Shown: positions 1-9,208 of the stretch, piece by piece
How positions within the stretch are numbered: the first letter of the stretch is position 1
Layout: each line of letters begins with the position of its first letter
Assembly (NCBI GenBank): GCA_027371535.1
Contig: DAHXMV010000001.1
Location: 172,825-236,824 of the forward strand
Length of the DNA stretch: 64,000 nt
Direction of reading: 5' to 3'
Source: Candidatus Amesbacteria bacterium
GTDB taxonomy: Bacteria > Patescibacteriota > Microgenomatia > CAZETR01 > Amesbacteraceae
Position numbers and translations under genes: made by a program
The notes under the pieces: generated by a model
Database searches by the model: none
Seen by the model: the letters and a program-made list of their open reading frames with translations, nothing else
What the model was told of the DNA's origin: nothing

Positions 1-152
1 CAGACCGGCTGACAACGGAAACAGAATTTTTCGGAATGGCAGAAAATGATAAATTGTCGGGATTAAATCTGATGTAAATCTCATAGACCACCCCGATCAG
101 ACTAAAAACAGCAATACCCAGAAGGATGAGGGATAACTTATTTAACACGGCG
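1..152 (-). CDS. partial ORF at window edge, hydrophobic protein fragment; extent and start uncertain
   Basis: Minus-strand frame is open from ~152 to beyond coordinate 1 (..VLNKLSLILLGIAVFSLIGVVYEIYIRFNPDNLSF..). The only candidate start is GTG. Fewer than 60 aa are visible. Confidence 0.2.
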
Positions 153-1019
153 AGAAGATTTATGGCTGAACCAGGCTAAAAACAGGCTGGCTATAAAAGC
201 AGCTCCCAACAGAGCGATTTGAGCCAAATTACCGGTGCCGGCCAAACCTAACACAGTTGAAGCCCCAAGTACCTGGCCGGTGGTATTACCCTGTGAGGGC
301 ATGCAGCCGTTGACTGCCCGGACCTGGAAATAGTACTGCACCCCGGGTACAAGGTCATTGATTACAAAAGATGTGACATTGCCGGTGTTGGGAACGCCAA
401 AAGTGTACACCCCCGGTTTGGTACCGTAAAATATGGCGTAGTTGGTGACCGGAGAGACCGCAGTCCAGGTTAGCTGGGCAGAAGAGCCAGTCCGGGAAAC
501 GGAGACAAGCTGAGGATCGGGCGGCTGGGTGAAATTACATACCGGGGCGGTAGGCGGCCCGGAACATCCGTTACACGGCTGGGGGGCGGGGGTGGGGGTG
601 GGGGTAATCACCGGCTGACTGCAACTGATGGTAGTGTTCTGAGCCATGTACGGAGCGTCCTGCAAACCCCAGGGCAAACCGCTGGGGATATAAATCCAAC
701 CCAAATTTTTCAGGTAATTTATCTGGTCTGAAGTCAGGCTGGATATTTTCCACCAATTGGTCTGAATACCGCTATCACTGTCGGCACAAAAACACTGCAC
801 CAGTTGGGAATCGGAGACGGTGTAAACAATGTCGCTCCCTATATACTGGCCGGAATCTCCCGGAATGCCGTGGACACCGGAACTGTAATTGACAACTACG
901 GTACCGGACGGGCTCTGACAGGAAGGAAAAGCCGGGATATCAATGGCTTTTACAGGATGAGCGGCGGTCAAGAAACCGAATAATACCAGAGGTAATACAA
1001 AGATTGATTTATGTTTCAT
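138..1019 (-). CDS. secreted cell-surface protein: signal peptide, Cys-containing N-domain, Pro/Thr linker (TPTPTPAPQP), fibronectin type III-like domain, C-terminal hydrophobic anchor with basic tail
   Basis: N-terminal MKHKSIFVLPLVLFGFLTAAHPVKA looks like a signal peptide. The FN3-like stretch is LTWTAVSPVTNYAIFYGTKPGVY..YYFQVRAVNG. The C-terminus is LGLAGTGN + hydrophobic segment + HKSSRRVK. Confidence 0.6.
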   Translation of the reverse strand: MKHKSIFVLPLVLFGFLTAAHPVKAIDIPAFPSCQSPSGTVVVNYSSGVHGIPGDSGQYIGSDIVYTVSDSQLVQCFCADSDSGIQTNWWKISSLTSDQINYLKNLGWIYIPSGLPWGLQDAPYMAQNTTISCSQPVITPTPTPAPQPCNGCSGPPTAPVCNFTQPPDPQLVSVSRTGSSAQLTWTAVSPVTNYAIFYGTKPGVYTFGVPNTGNVTSFVINDLVPGVQYYFQVRAVNGCMPSQGNTTGQVLGASTVLGLAGTGNLAQIALLGAAFIASLFLAWFSHKSSRRVK

Positions 1020-1102
1020 TTTGGAGGGCGGGAGAGACAGAAAGGCAGTTGAACAGGCTTTATTATAAGCTTATTAAGCCTATAATGCAAGCAGGAAGGT
1101 TT

Positions 1103-2362
1103 TTATCCGAATAAATGAACAAAAAATGCCCTGATTCTATAAAAAATATCCGGATGTTTTGGCGATATTGTAGCTGAAATTACCCCGACTGCGGGTTTGG
1201 CCATAACAGAAACCGGCTTGTACACACCCTTTGGATCAGTAACTAATATTCCCCGGGTATTAACGTCCAGATTTAAATAAGGCAGGGTGACATTTCCGGT
1301 TTTATCTATGAGGTACGACCGGCCCAGCCAGACAGCCGTCAACCCCGGAACCGGCCGGCCCAGATCGTTTTTGACCCGTAACTTTATGTCCCGGGAAGGA
1401 GAATAGAAGCTTTTTAAAACGCCGGCTGCCGGACGGGCCTGACCTGATGTATCCCATAGCTGGGTACTGCCCCCGACACCAACCCAGTAGTTCAATCCCA
1501 AAATTTCCGGGCGGTGCGAAGCCAATACCTGTAAAACCCCATTCAGCCATTCAGCCTGCTGATTTTCAGTCTGATCGCCGGTAACGTCAGGAACGGGAGA
1601 GCCAAACTCACCGACGACAATCCTGCCGCCTGACGACCGGGCTAAATTTTCGATATCCCGGGCATAATCATCAGGGGTGCTGACATAATGATCAATGGTC
1701 ACCACACCATCCAAGCCGGCAGTAGTGGCCGGATCCATAATTAATCTGGCCACGTCGGCGTTCATAGAGGCAAAATTCGAACGGACATTTTTGCGGATTG
1801 AGGCGAAGGCGGCTTTTGTCATCTGATATTCGCTGATTAAAAACTGCCTGAAACCTGCGACATCTCCGGTGTTTCTGGGATCACCGGGTCCCCCATTTTC
1901 ACATTCGGGGCAGGGGGTAAAAATATCGCCGTCAGCAAACAAGCCAGGATTATCCAAAATAAAGGCTTTGGTTTTATCCAGATGTGACTGCCTGGTCATA
2001 GGCGGATAGCCGAACCAGCCTTCCCAACCCGACCAGTTACCCCTAAACCAAACATTCAGACCATGGCTTCTGGCAGCCAAAACCCAGAGTTTCAAGTATG
2101 GCAGAAATTCGGGGTCATAAGGAGTAGCCACAGCCACATGCGTAGCTCCGGCAGAAGCAATTTCGGTGACATGCTCCTGAATAATTCTGACAAAAGCCGG
2201 ATCGTTTAAACCCTGTCCGGCGGCATCGCGGGAGTATTTCATCGTATCCACGGACTGGATTTCCCACCAGGAATTATTTCCGGCGGCCAATACTATCCGG
2301 GGGGAAGAACCAAATAATACCAGAGTCAGGATAAATGAAATAATTAACATCGGAAATTTCAT
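1103..2362 (-). CDS. secreted glycoside hydrolase, clan GH-A TIM-barrel type (GH5/GH26/GH113-like) with C-terminal beta-sandwich region
   Basis: Has a signal peptide. Contains a VVGEFG motif typical of the nucleophile strand of clan GH-A enzymes, and W/G/N-rich TIM-barrel signatures. The family is not resolved. Confidence 0.5.
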   Translation of the reverse strand: MKFPMLIISFILTLVLFGSSPRIVLAAGNNSWWEIQSVDTMKYSRDAAGQGLNDPAFVRIIQEHVTEIASAGATHVAVATPYDPEFLPYLKLWVLAARSHGLNVWFRGNWSGWEGWFGYPPMTRQSHLDKTKAFILDNPGLFADGDIFTPCPECENGGPGDPRNTGDVAGFRQFLISEYQMTKAAFASIRKNVRSNFASMNADVARLIMDPATTAGLDGVVTIDHYVSTPDDYARDIENLARSSGGRIVVGEFGSPVPDVTGDQTENQQAEWLNGVLQVLASHRPEILGLNYWVGVGGSTQLWDTSGQARPAAGVLKSFYSPSRDIKLRVKNDLGRPVPGLTAVWLGRSYLIDKTGNVTLPYLNLDVNTRGILVTDPKGVYKPVSVMAKPAVGVISATISPKHPDIFYRIRAFFVHLFG

Positions 2363-2370
2363 AATTTTGA

Positions 2371-3288
2371 TTAAACTATAGCTTTAATCAACTTTCCGGC
2401 CGCATATTGATAAGCACCGGCCAATTCCGGCCGGCCGGTTAAAAAATAATAAAATGATCTGATCTGCATCCCAAAGATTAAAAAACCGTTAACCAGGCCG
2501 GCGGTATTCCGGTAATGGCGGCGATGAAAATGAAGCAGGCCGTCAAGATTTCGGGTCAGCAAATCCCGGGGGGATAATTTTTTGGTGGTGAAACCGCGCA
2601 GATGAACCACACGCAGGTGCCGGTTGTAGCAAATATTCAGACCGGCGGCCCGGATTCTGTGGCACCATTCCACATCTTCCATAAATAAAAACAACCCCGG
2701 GTCAAAACCACCGGTTTTCTGATAGACCTGTCTTTTTATCAGAAAAAAACTGGTAGAAAACCACTCCAGTCCGGTAACCCAGTGCCGCGGGTAGATCGGC
2801 CGGATAAGGTTTCTGGCCAACGGCAGATTTTCCAAACCCAGAGTCCATAAGACCGTCCTTGGCGGCGTTGGCAAAAAACCCCAGCTGGTCTGAGGGGAAC
2901 CGTCCGGATTTTCCAGTTTCAGACACAGGACATCACAATCCCGATTTTGACTTATGTACTTCAGGGAATTTAAAAGGGTATCTGACTTTACAAATACATC
3001 GGAGTTCAGCAGCAATATGTACGGAGTCCGGGCTCTCTTTAAGGCCAGATTATTACCCCGGGAATAACCGAGATTAGTTTTTTGAGCCAGGATTTTAACC
3101 TGAGGAAACCGGGTTCTGATTAAAGCAACCGTGCCATCAGAGGAATGATTGTCGATAACCAAAACCTGAATCCGGTTACCTAAAGCCCGGCGGCAAACCC
3201 GGACGGATTTTTCCAAATAAGAGAGATACCGGGAGGTAACTGCCCGGGTATTATAAGAAAGGATAATCACAGTTAAATCTGCCGCCAT
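2371..3288 (-). CDS. glycosyltransferase family 2
   Basis: N-terminal LTVIILSYNTRAVT...LVIDNHSSDGT is a GT2 signature. Confidence 0.7.
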   Translation of the reverse strand: MAADLTVIILSYNTRAVTSRYLSYLEKSVRVCRRALGNRIQVLVIDNHSSDGTVALIRTRFPQVKILAQKTNLGYSRGNNLALKRARTPYILLLNSDVFVKSDTLLNSLKYISQNRDCDVLCLKLENPDGSPQTSWGFLPTPPRTVLWTLGLENLPLARNLIRPIYPRHWVTGLEWFSTSFFLIKRQVYQKTGGFDPGLFLFMEDVEWCHRIRAAGLNICYNRHLRVVHLRGFTTKKLSPRDLLTRNLDGLLHFHRRHYRNTAGLVNGFLIFGMQIRSFYYFLTGRPELAGAYQYAAGKLIKAIV

Positions 3289-3290
3289 AA

Positions 3291-4916
3291 TTATTTCTGA
3301 TGAGTAAAAACGGGTTTGGTCTCTAACTGGTTTAAATATTCAGGTTTAAGTTCGTAAATGTCTGCAAAGGGATAGGATTCAACCTTGTTATAACGGGTAA
3401 AACCTTTTGTCCGGCTGACCAGTTTCCAGGTGAGATCGGAGTCGTCGTAGGTGCGCATAATAATCCATCTGGCCCAGCGGTCCGGAATATTTGTGGCAGA
3501 TTCCCAATATAAACCGGTACCCTCATGTATAAAGCGGGACATAGGCAGACCGGAAGAAAAAATTATGGCGTCATGGGAAGCCGCAGATATGAGAATAAAA
3601 CCCGGCTCGTTAGCGGCGTAAGTCTTTAACCAATTCGCCACCTGGGAGACATTTTTCTGACTGCTGCCAACCCGGGCATCATCAATGGTAACAGCGTCAC
3701 CGTTAATAAAAGCAAAAGCCAATACAAATAAAGTCAGACCTACCAAAATCAGACGGAATGATCCGGCTTTATCGATTAAAAAACCCGTAAAAACAGCAAT
3801 CGTGGGGACGAGCATCATGCCATAACGGACATTAAACCAGGTATTTCCGGACAAACCCTGAACGAAAAGAACCGAGTGGCCAAGATACAAAGCCAGAATA
3901 TTGAAAAATAAAGGCGATAAAAGGGCAATAGTGGAAAATCTGACGCCTGAAGAAATCCGGCGGTTGATCCAAAGCGTGACAGCCCCGATCAAACCTAAAA
4001 TCGCCGGAAATGTATAAGTGTTATATAAGAGGGCGTACAGATAAATTTTGGCGGATAAGTACCAATTGTTTTGCGTGAAAAGCACTCCGGCTTTGGCTAA
4101 CTGTTCCTGCTGGGTATGTGCAGAATAGGGTCCGAAAGCAAAATATAACCAGTCTTTAAAAATCAGTTGATTCCAAAACAACCAGATAAGAATTCCCAGG
4201 GCGCCAAGGGTCACAAACAGGAGGACGGAACCCTCGGCGACCTGATAACCCCTTTTTCGGAAACTATGTAAAAACACCAAACCGGTGGCAATTAACAGGA
4301 GAAACCAGCCGTCATAGCGGATGAGGGTGGAGGCCATAATAAAAAAGGCTGACTTGACAAGGTTTAGGACATTGGCATCGTCATGCCATAAAGTCAGATA
4401 GTAACAACCGGCGGTCATGGTGGCTAAAAGCAGCAGTTCGGTCATGGCAGTGGACTGTAAATAAAGCACGTTGAGATTGGCAGAGAAAATCAACACGCCC
4501 ACCAGACGCCCAAGAATTCCGACCTGCAGTTTCTCCAGATATTTGTAAATTAATATTCCGGTGGCAACGAAGGCGATCATTGACTGCAAGGCTCCGGCCA
4601 ATCCGGTATGCCACATAAAATCACTCCAAATAGTCGGTACCATCAAAAGGTGGGTCAGCGGCAGCCAAACGGAACCCAACTGGGCAATCCCGGGTTTTAA
4701 ACCTTCAACTACCCGCCGGCCGATATCCAGATGCGACCGGGCGTCGTTATAAGCCAAAGCCAGACCGTCATTTAAAAAATGCCAATAATAAAGAATGGAA
4801 ACCAGGGATAAACCCAGCATTAAAATTACCAACAGATTTTTACTCAGAAAATCCCGGAAGGTTCTTAACCTTCCGGCCGGGAAATTAAATTTGAGAGAAA
4901 AAGTTTCAGGTGTCAT
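3291..4916 (-). CDS. polytopic membrane glycosyltransferase, GT-C fold-like (PMT/ArnT/DUF2029-like)
   Basis: About 12 predicted TM helices. An early extracytoplasmic loop carries the acidic motif YNDARSHLDIGRR. The C-terminal part is soluble. Confidence 0.45.
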   Translation of the reverse strand: MTPETFSLKFNFPAGRLRTFRDFLSKNLLVILMLGLSLVSILYYWHFLNDGLALAYNDARSHLDIGRRVVEGLKPGIAQLGSVWLPLTHLLMVPTIWSDFMWHTGLAGALQSMIAFVATGILIYKYLEKLQVGILGRLVGVLIFSANLNVLYLQSTAMTELLLLATMTAGCYYLTLWHDDANVLNLVKSAFFIMASTLIRYDGWFLLLIATGLVFLHSFRKRGYQVAEGSVLLFVTLGALGILIWLFWNQLIFKDWLYFAFGPYSAHTQQEQLAKAGVLFTQNNWYLSAKIYLYALLYNTYTFPAILGLIGAVTLWINRRISSGVRFSTIALLSPLFFNILALYLGHSVLFVQGLSGNTWFNVRYGMMLVPTIAVFTGFLIDKAGSFRLILVGLTLFVLAFAFINGDAVTIDDARVGSSQKNVSQVANWLKTYAANEPGFILISAASHDAIIFSSGLPMSRFIHEGTGLYWESATNIPDRWARWIIMRTYDDSDLTWKLVSRTKGFTRYNKVESYPFADIYELKPEYLNQLETKPVFTHQK

Positions 4917-6411
4917 ATTTTAAGTAATCCAGAACATAAAAGGCGGTCAAAAACAGATACAAACCGACGACTAAGAGCAGCTGATAAATAACCGGGCTAA
5001 ACCACCCGGAAAATAAGAGATGATAAACCAGAGAGCTGGTGAAATGGTTTTGCAGCAGCTGAAGATTATACTGATAGGTGTAAGGGATGTGTGTAGACAA
5101 GGCAATTGCTTCCACTTTGGGAGGAACAGCACCGGTAGTTAGAACCCCCAAAGTATTTATATAGATGCTATAAATAAGTAAAACAAAGAAAAGACCGGCA
5201 AATAAAAGCTTTTTTTGATATTTTTTAAGCGCCGGACCGACACCTATACAAGCCGCAGCAGTGGCCGGAATCAGGTAACGGGGACCGAAAGACCAACCCC
5301 CCCATGGATCACCGAACATGGCATAAGAAATAAAATCCACCAAAATAACTGAAAACAGCAGCAGAGAAATATTTTTTAATCGGGGATGCTTTAAAACCAG
5401 CGCGAGGCCTAAAACACCGACTGCCAGTATCGGGCTGTAATAAAACCAACCCCTTTCATTACTAAAAACCAGGATATATACCCCATTAATCAGAGAACGG
5501 GAATTGTAAGCAAAACCGCCCCTTTTTTCAGAGATGGTGACTTCCTGAACCAGCTGGGGATCCAGTGATTTGGTCCGGCCATATATCTGGGCGGGAATCA
5601 GCGGTTGGCCGGTAGTCTGAAAATTGTACCAACAATAAACACCAAATAAGGGTATAAAACCTAAGAACAAGGCCAGAAGCCGAAGATTAATTTTGAATTG
5701 ATAACTGTCGTCCATCTGTATCAGAGAAAAATGTCTGAATAAAACGAATAATTCAATGGGTAATAGCATTAACAGATTCGGAATATCGATTAATAGCCCC
5801 GCACCCAAAAGCAGTCCGATAAAGATATCGTTTTTAACGGATACAGGTTTAGCGGCGAAAAATAAAGTCCCCAAAATTACGGATACGGCGTAGTGATGCT
5901 GAGTGAAAGTCTGTGAATAAGCCAACGCATCAGTGGCAAATAAAAATACCAGACCGGCAATGACCGATCCGATACGGGAAGCCCCGAGTTTCCCAGACAG
6001 GGAATATATCAAATAAACATTCAAGATGGCGAAAACAGCAGTCGTTAAGTAGGTAAACAACTGCGGAGCGCGAAGCAGATTCCCCAGCAAATACATGGGC
6101 ACACCTAAAAAGGAAACCCCGGGAGTAAAAATAGAATAATACTTCCCATTTTTACCCGCCAGATCAGGCAGGGAAAAAGCGGCTTCATCACGATCTAAAA
6201 ATATTCTGTGATCTTCTGCCAGAGCTTCTGTCAGGGCATAACGCGAAGTACTGTTGCTGGACTCAAACGGTCCGCCGACAGAAGTATTTTTATCATATTG
6301 AAAAACCAGCCGGTGATTGATTATCTGTCCCTTGACGACCAAGGCCAGAAAGACCAGGACCAGACCTATGGTAATAATGCCCGGCAATAATTTAAGCAAT
6401 TTTTTTATCAT
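4906..6411 (-). CDS. ArnT/PMT-like (GT39/GT83 family) membrane glycosyltransferase
   Basis: Multi-TM protein. The first loop carries DRDEAAFS, a DE-type motif of GT-C enzymes. Overall layout matches 4-amino-arabinose and dolichyl-P-mannose transferase families. Confidence 0.55.
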   Translation of the reverse strand: MIKKLLKLLPGIITIGLVLVFLALVVKGQIINHRLVFQYDKNTSVGGPFESSNSTSRYALTEALAEDHRIFLDRDEAAFSLPDLAGKNGKYYSIFTPGVSFLGVPMYLLGNLLRAPQLFTYLTTAVFAILNVYLIYSLSGKLGASRIGSVIAGLVFLFATDALAYSQTFTQHHYAVSVILGTLFFAAKPVSVKNDIFIGLLLGAGLLIDIPNLLMLLPIELFVLFRHFSLIQMDDSYQFKINLRLLALFLGFIPLFGVYCWYNFQTTGQPLIPAQIYGRTKSLDPQLVQEVTISEKRGGFAYNSRSLINGVYILVFSNERGWFYYSPILAVGVLGLALVLKHPRLKNISLLLFSVILVDFISYAMFGDPWGGWSFGPRYLIPATAAACIGVGPALKKYQKKLLFAGLFFVLLIYSIYINTLGVLTTGAVPPKVEAIALSTHIPYTYQYNLQLLQNHFTSSLVYHLLFSGWFSPVIYQLLLVVGLYLFLTAFYVLDYLKYDT

Positions 6412-7307
6412 TTGATTTTTTTGGTTGATTTATAGATTTTCCACATCGGGGTATAAGCAGGTGAAAAAGCGGTATAAATTAAAGATAACAAAACCAGAGC
6501 CACATAAGTAACAAAGTAGAGAGGTTGGGATAAAAAGCTGCTCCAAATAATGGAAATGGCTTTGGATATATCCAGCCTCATCGAATAAATAGTCGAGTAT
6601 GAAGTTTCTTTTTGCCTGGCTTTATGAAATTTGGAACTTTGAGCCAGAAAGTCACACAGGTTGTCAACTGATTTATAAATTATAGCTGCGGAGTCGCTTT
6701 TTACCAAAGGCAGACCGGACATGATAGCCCGGCGATAGCAGTATGAATCTTCATGTAAATCTTCCTGCCAGCGAAAATGCTTTAAAAAGTTCCGTGAAAA
6801 TAATCTGGCCCCGGTATATAGGTAAAGATTCGGAGCCGACATGGCAAATTTGAAAATATTTATTCTCAGAGAGAATCCAAAATTGATAATCCGGTTAAAC
6901 CAATTCACGGGCGGAGCCGGATAAGTCTGGCTGACTACCAGACTGAATTTACGGGATGATGGGACCGACCTGACTAAATGATGGATAAAATAGCGATCTT
7001 TCGGCAATGTATCGGCTTCGAGAATCAGCAAATAATCAGTTTTGCCGGGAAGGTGATCCAAAATTTCATTCAGTCTGGCATTTTCTCCCAGACGCCGGCG
7101 ACCGGAAATCAACGTGACTAAAGGATGATGCAAACCGGCAACTTCAGAGTCCGTATTATCATCCGAATGATCAGAGATAACCAAAACCTTAAGCAAGCGA
7201 AAATTATCCTGCTTCTGTGAAAGCAGACTTTTTAACAGCCGGCGGATATTCCCCTCTTCATTGAAGGCGGGTATTCCGATAGTGACAAACGGCAGATTAA
7301 CTGACAT
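6408..7307 (-). CDS. glycosyltransferase family 2 (polyprenyl-phosphate sugar synthase-like) with C-terminal TM segments
   Basis: FVTIGIPAFNEEGNI...VLVISDHSDDNTD is a GT2 signature. The C-terminal hydrophobic helices resemble GtrB/ArnC/DPM-synthase architecture. Confidence 0.65.
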   Translation of the reverse strand: MSVNLPFVTIGIPAFNEEGNIRRLLKSLLSQKQDNFRLLKVLVISDHSDDNTDSEVAGLHHPLVTLISGRRRLGENARLNEILDHLPGKTDYLLILEADTLPKDRYFIHHLVRSVPSSRKFSLVVSQTYPAPPVNWFNRIINFGFSLRINIFKFAMSAPNLYLYTGARLFSRNFLKHFRWQEDLHEDSYCYRRAIMSGLPLVKSDSAAIIYKSVDNLCDFLAQSSKFHKARQKETSYSTIYSMRLDISKAISIIWSSFLSQPLYFVTYVALVLLSLIYTAFSPAYTPMWKIYKSTKKIK

Positions 7308-8088
7308 AACGATTATTCCTGGACAAATAATATATTTCTTTCATTTGGGGTATATGGCCGTCTTTAAAGATGGCACGGACCTGGCTTTTATATCCTTTGA
7401 TGAGCTTGTTTTTATTTTCGGACCGTACCGGAAATTCATATTTTTTATAATCCGAAAATCTGGAATCCTTGTCGGATGATGTTAATAAGTATGGGAAGTC
7501 AGACCAGAAAATGGTTTTTGGGAAGATGAGTGAGCTGACCTTATGAACGATCACGTGATCCACATGATTACCGTTTCCCAAAGGAGAAAAGACATAATTT
7601 TTCCCCGGACTGATGATTTGGCGCAATCTCCGTCCGATTTTATCCATCAGGCTGTAATCGTTTTCAGAAATTTTGCCCCTGATCACGTGCCAGCGGTAAG
7701 TGGGGTAGATATGAATTAACTCCGGAATCAGAGGCCCAAGCCATTGGCTAACCGGATTTAATTTTTCCTTTTTTCGCCATGAACTGTCAATAAAATCCAG
7801 ATTAATCACCCGGCAGCCGATGGCCCGGAGCGTAGTTTCGTCTTCACTGATCCGGTCCCGGAATAATTTTTGCGGGTCACGGTAACCACACTGACGGAGA
7901 AACTGACGGGCAGATAAAGTGGGGGTATGGCTGTCTACTTTGGTGAACACGTTAATAATGGTCACCGGGACGTGTTTCTTACGTAATCTGTAAATCAGCG
8001 AACCTGCCGACAGGACGGCGTCATCAAGATGCGGAGAAATAAAATAACAGGGAGTTTTAGCAGTGATTAGTTTAAGCAGACGTTCCAT
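7297..8088 (-). CDS. PIG-L/LmbE family N-acetylglucosaminyl deacetylase
   Basis: ISPHLDDAVLSAGSL matches the (A/S)PHxDD zinc-binding motif of the LmbE/PIG-L family. The start is uncertain (either 8121 or 8088). Confidence 0.7.
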   Translation of the reverse strand: MERLLKLITAKTPCYFISPHLDDAVLSAGSLIYRLRKKHVPVTIINVFTKVDSHTPTLSARQFLRQCGYRDPQKLFRDRISEDETTLRAIGCRVINLDFIDSSWRKKEKLNPVSQWLGPLIPELIHIYPTYRWHVIRGKISENDYSLMDKIGRRLRQIISPGKNYVFSPLGNGNHVDHVIVHKVSSLIFPKTIFWSDFPYLLTSSDKDSRFSDYKKYEFPVRSENKNKLIKGYKSQVRAIFKDGHIPQMKEIYYLSRNNRYVS

Positions 8089-9208
8089 AATTTTTCTGTA
8101 CGGACGATAAGTAAACAGCATAACTATTTATGATCTGATTCCAGCTGAAATTTTTTGCAAATTTCCTGCCTTTTTGGGCTAAAACTTTCGACTGACGGGG
8201 GTTGTTTAATATATTTTGGATATGACGACTCAATGCGTGGACATCAAAACAGGCGGTTTTCAGACAACAATCAGCCGGCACCCATTTAAGGCCGTCGATA
8301 TCAAAAGTCACCAAAGGTTTTTGATAGGCCAAAACTTCCAAGGCAGCGAAGGAAAATGTTTCAAAACGGGATGGTACTACCACCAAATCAGCCGAAACAA
8401 ACAAAGCAAATTTTTCCCGCCCAGTTACTCTGCCAGGCAGGATTACCCTGTCAGAAAGACCCAGCCTGCCAATCATTAATTTCAGAGCACTGACTTCGGC
8501 AGCCGTACCTGAGCCGGCAATTACCAACCTACCTGAATATCCGGGCAACAGCAGTGAATACGCCCGAAGCAATAAATCCAAACCTTTCTGATTTATTTCA
8601 ATCCGACCGATAAATAAAATATAGTTACCGGAAACCGGCTTTTTAGGTAACACCGGGATATCTATACCGTTGGGAATTACTTGAATCTTGGATCCGGGGG
8701 TTTTGGAGTGTACTAACTGACGGATCTGATCACTAGTGACGTGAATATAAGAATAGGTTTTAAGGCCTAAATTTTCGGCCAGTTTAAACGGCAGATGGTA
8801 CTTGCGCTGCATATCTTCACCAGCCAACATATGGACGCTGCCGATAACCGGTTTATTGGTAAAAAGTGGCAGACAGGTAGTAGAAAACGGAGGGGTAAAA
8901 CTTTCCAACCAGATATCGAAGGGTAATCTGAAAATCAGGCTTATAAGTGACAACTGGTAGGCTAACTGACCCAGTTTAGGACCAAAATTACCGCTACCTA
9001 CATATCGATATTCAACCCCATCGATTCTTTCATTCAGACAGCCGGGATATTTACCGGCCATAACCAGCACCCGGAAACCCATTTTCTGCAAACCGGTGGC
9101 AATTTTGAGAACAGCAAAAGCCCCGCCTCCGGCATAGTACGGGTTTTTCGGGCTATCATAATTACTGATAACCAGGCGGGTTTGATGATCAGTCTGCGGG
9201 TGCATACC
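8072..9208 (-). CDS. glycosyltransferase family 4 (GT-B, group 1)
   Basis: The N-terminus contains a YYAGGG donor-binding motif. The C-terminal GT-B domain is similar to GT4 enzymes. The start is probably MHPQ. It overlaps the 3' end of the upstream giant gene by a few codons. Confidence 0.65.
   Translation of the reverse strand, partial: GMHPQTDHQTRLVISNYDSPKNPYYAGGGAFAVLKIATGLQKMGFRVLVMAGKYPGCLNERIDGVEYRYVGSGNFGPKLGQLAYQLSLISLIFRLPFDIWLESFTPPFSTTCLPLFTNKPVIGSVHMLAGEDMQRKYHLPFKLAENLGLKTYSYIHVTSDQIRQLVHSKTPGSKIQVIPNGIDIPVLPKKPVSGNYILFIGRIEINQKGLDLLLRAYSLLLPGYSGRLVIAGSGTAAEVSALKLMIGRLGLSDRVILPGRVTGREKFALFVSADLVVVPSRFETFSFAALEVLAYQKPLVTFDIDGLKWVPADCCLKTACFDVHALSRHIQNILNNPRQSKVLAQKGRKFAKNFSWNQIINSYAVYLSSVQKNYGTSA

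Noticed and set aside
580-610. G-rich tract ggggcgggggtgggggtgggggt as a simple repeat or G-quadruplex element
   Set aside because: It is the reverse complement of codons for the TPTPTPAP linker of the surface protein. It is coding, not a separate repeat element.
571-756. Short ORFs overlapping annotated genes (571-756, 1302-1550, 2702-2926, 2859-3077, 4381-4752, 17324-17878, 19197-19818, 22215-22689 and similar)
   Set aside because: They are fully contained in longer ORFs with clear family signatures on the same or the opposite strand. Alternative-frame noise.
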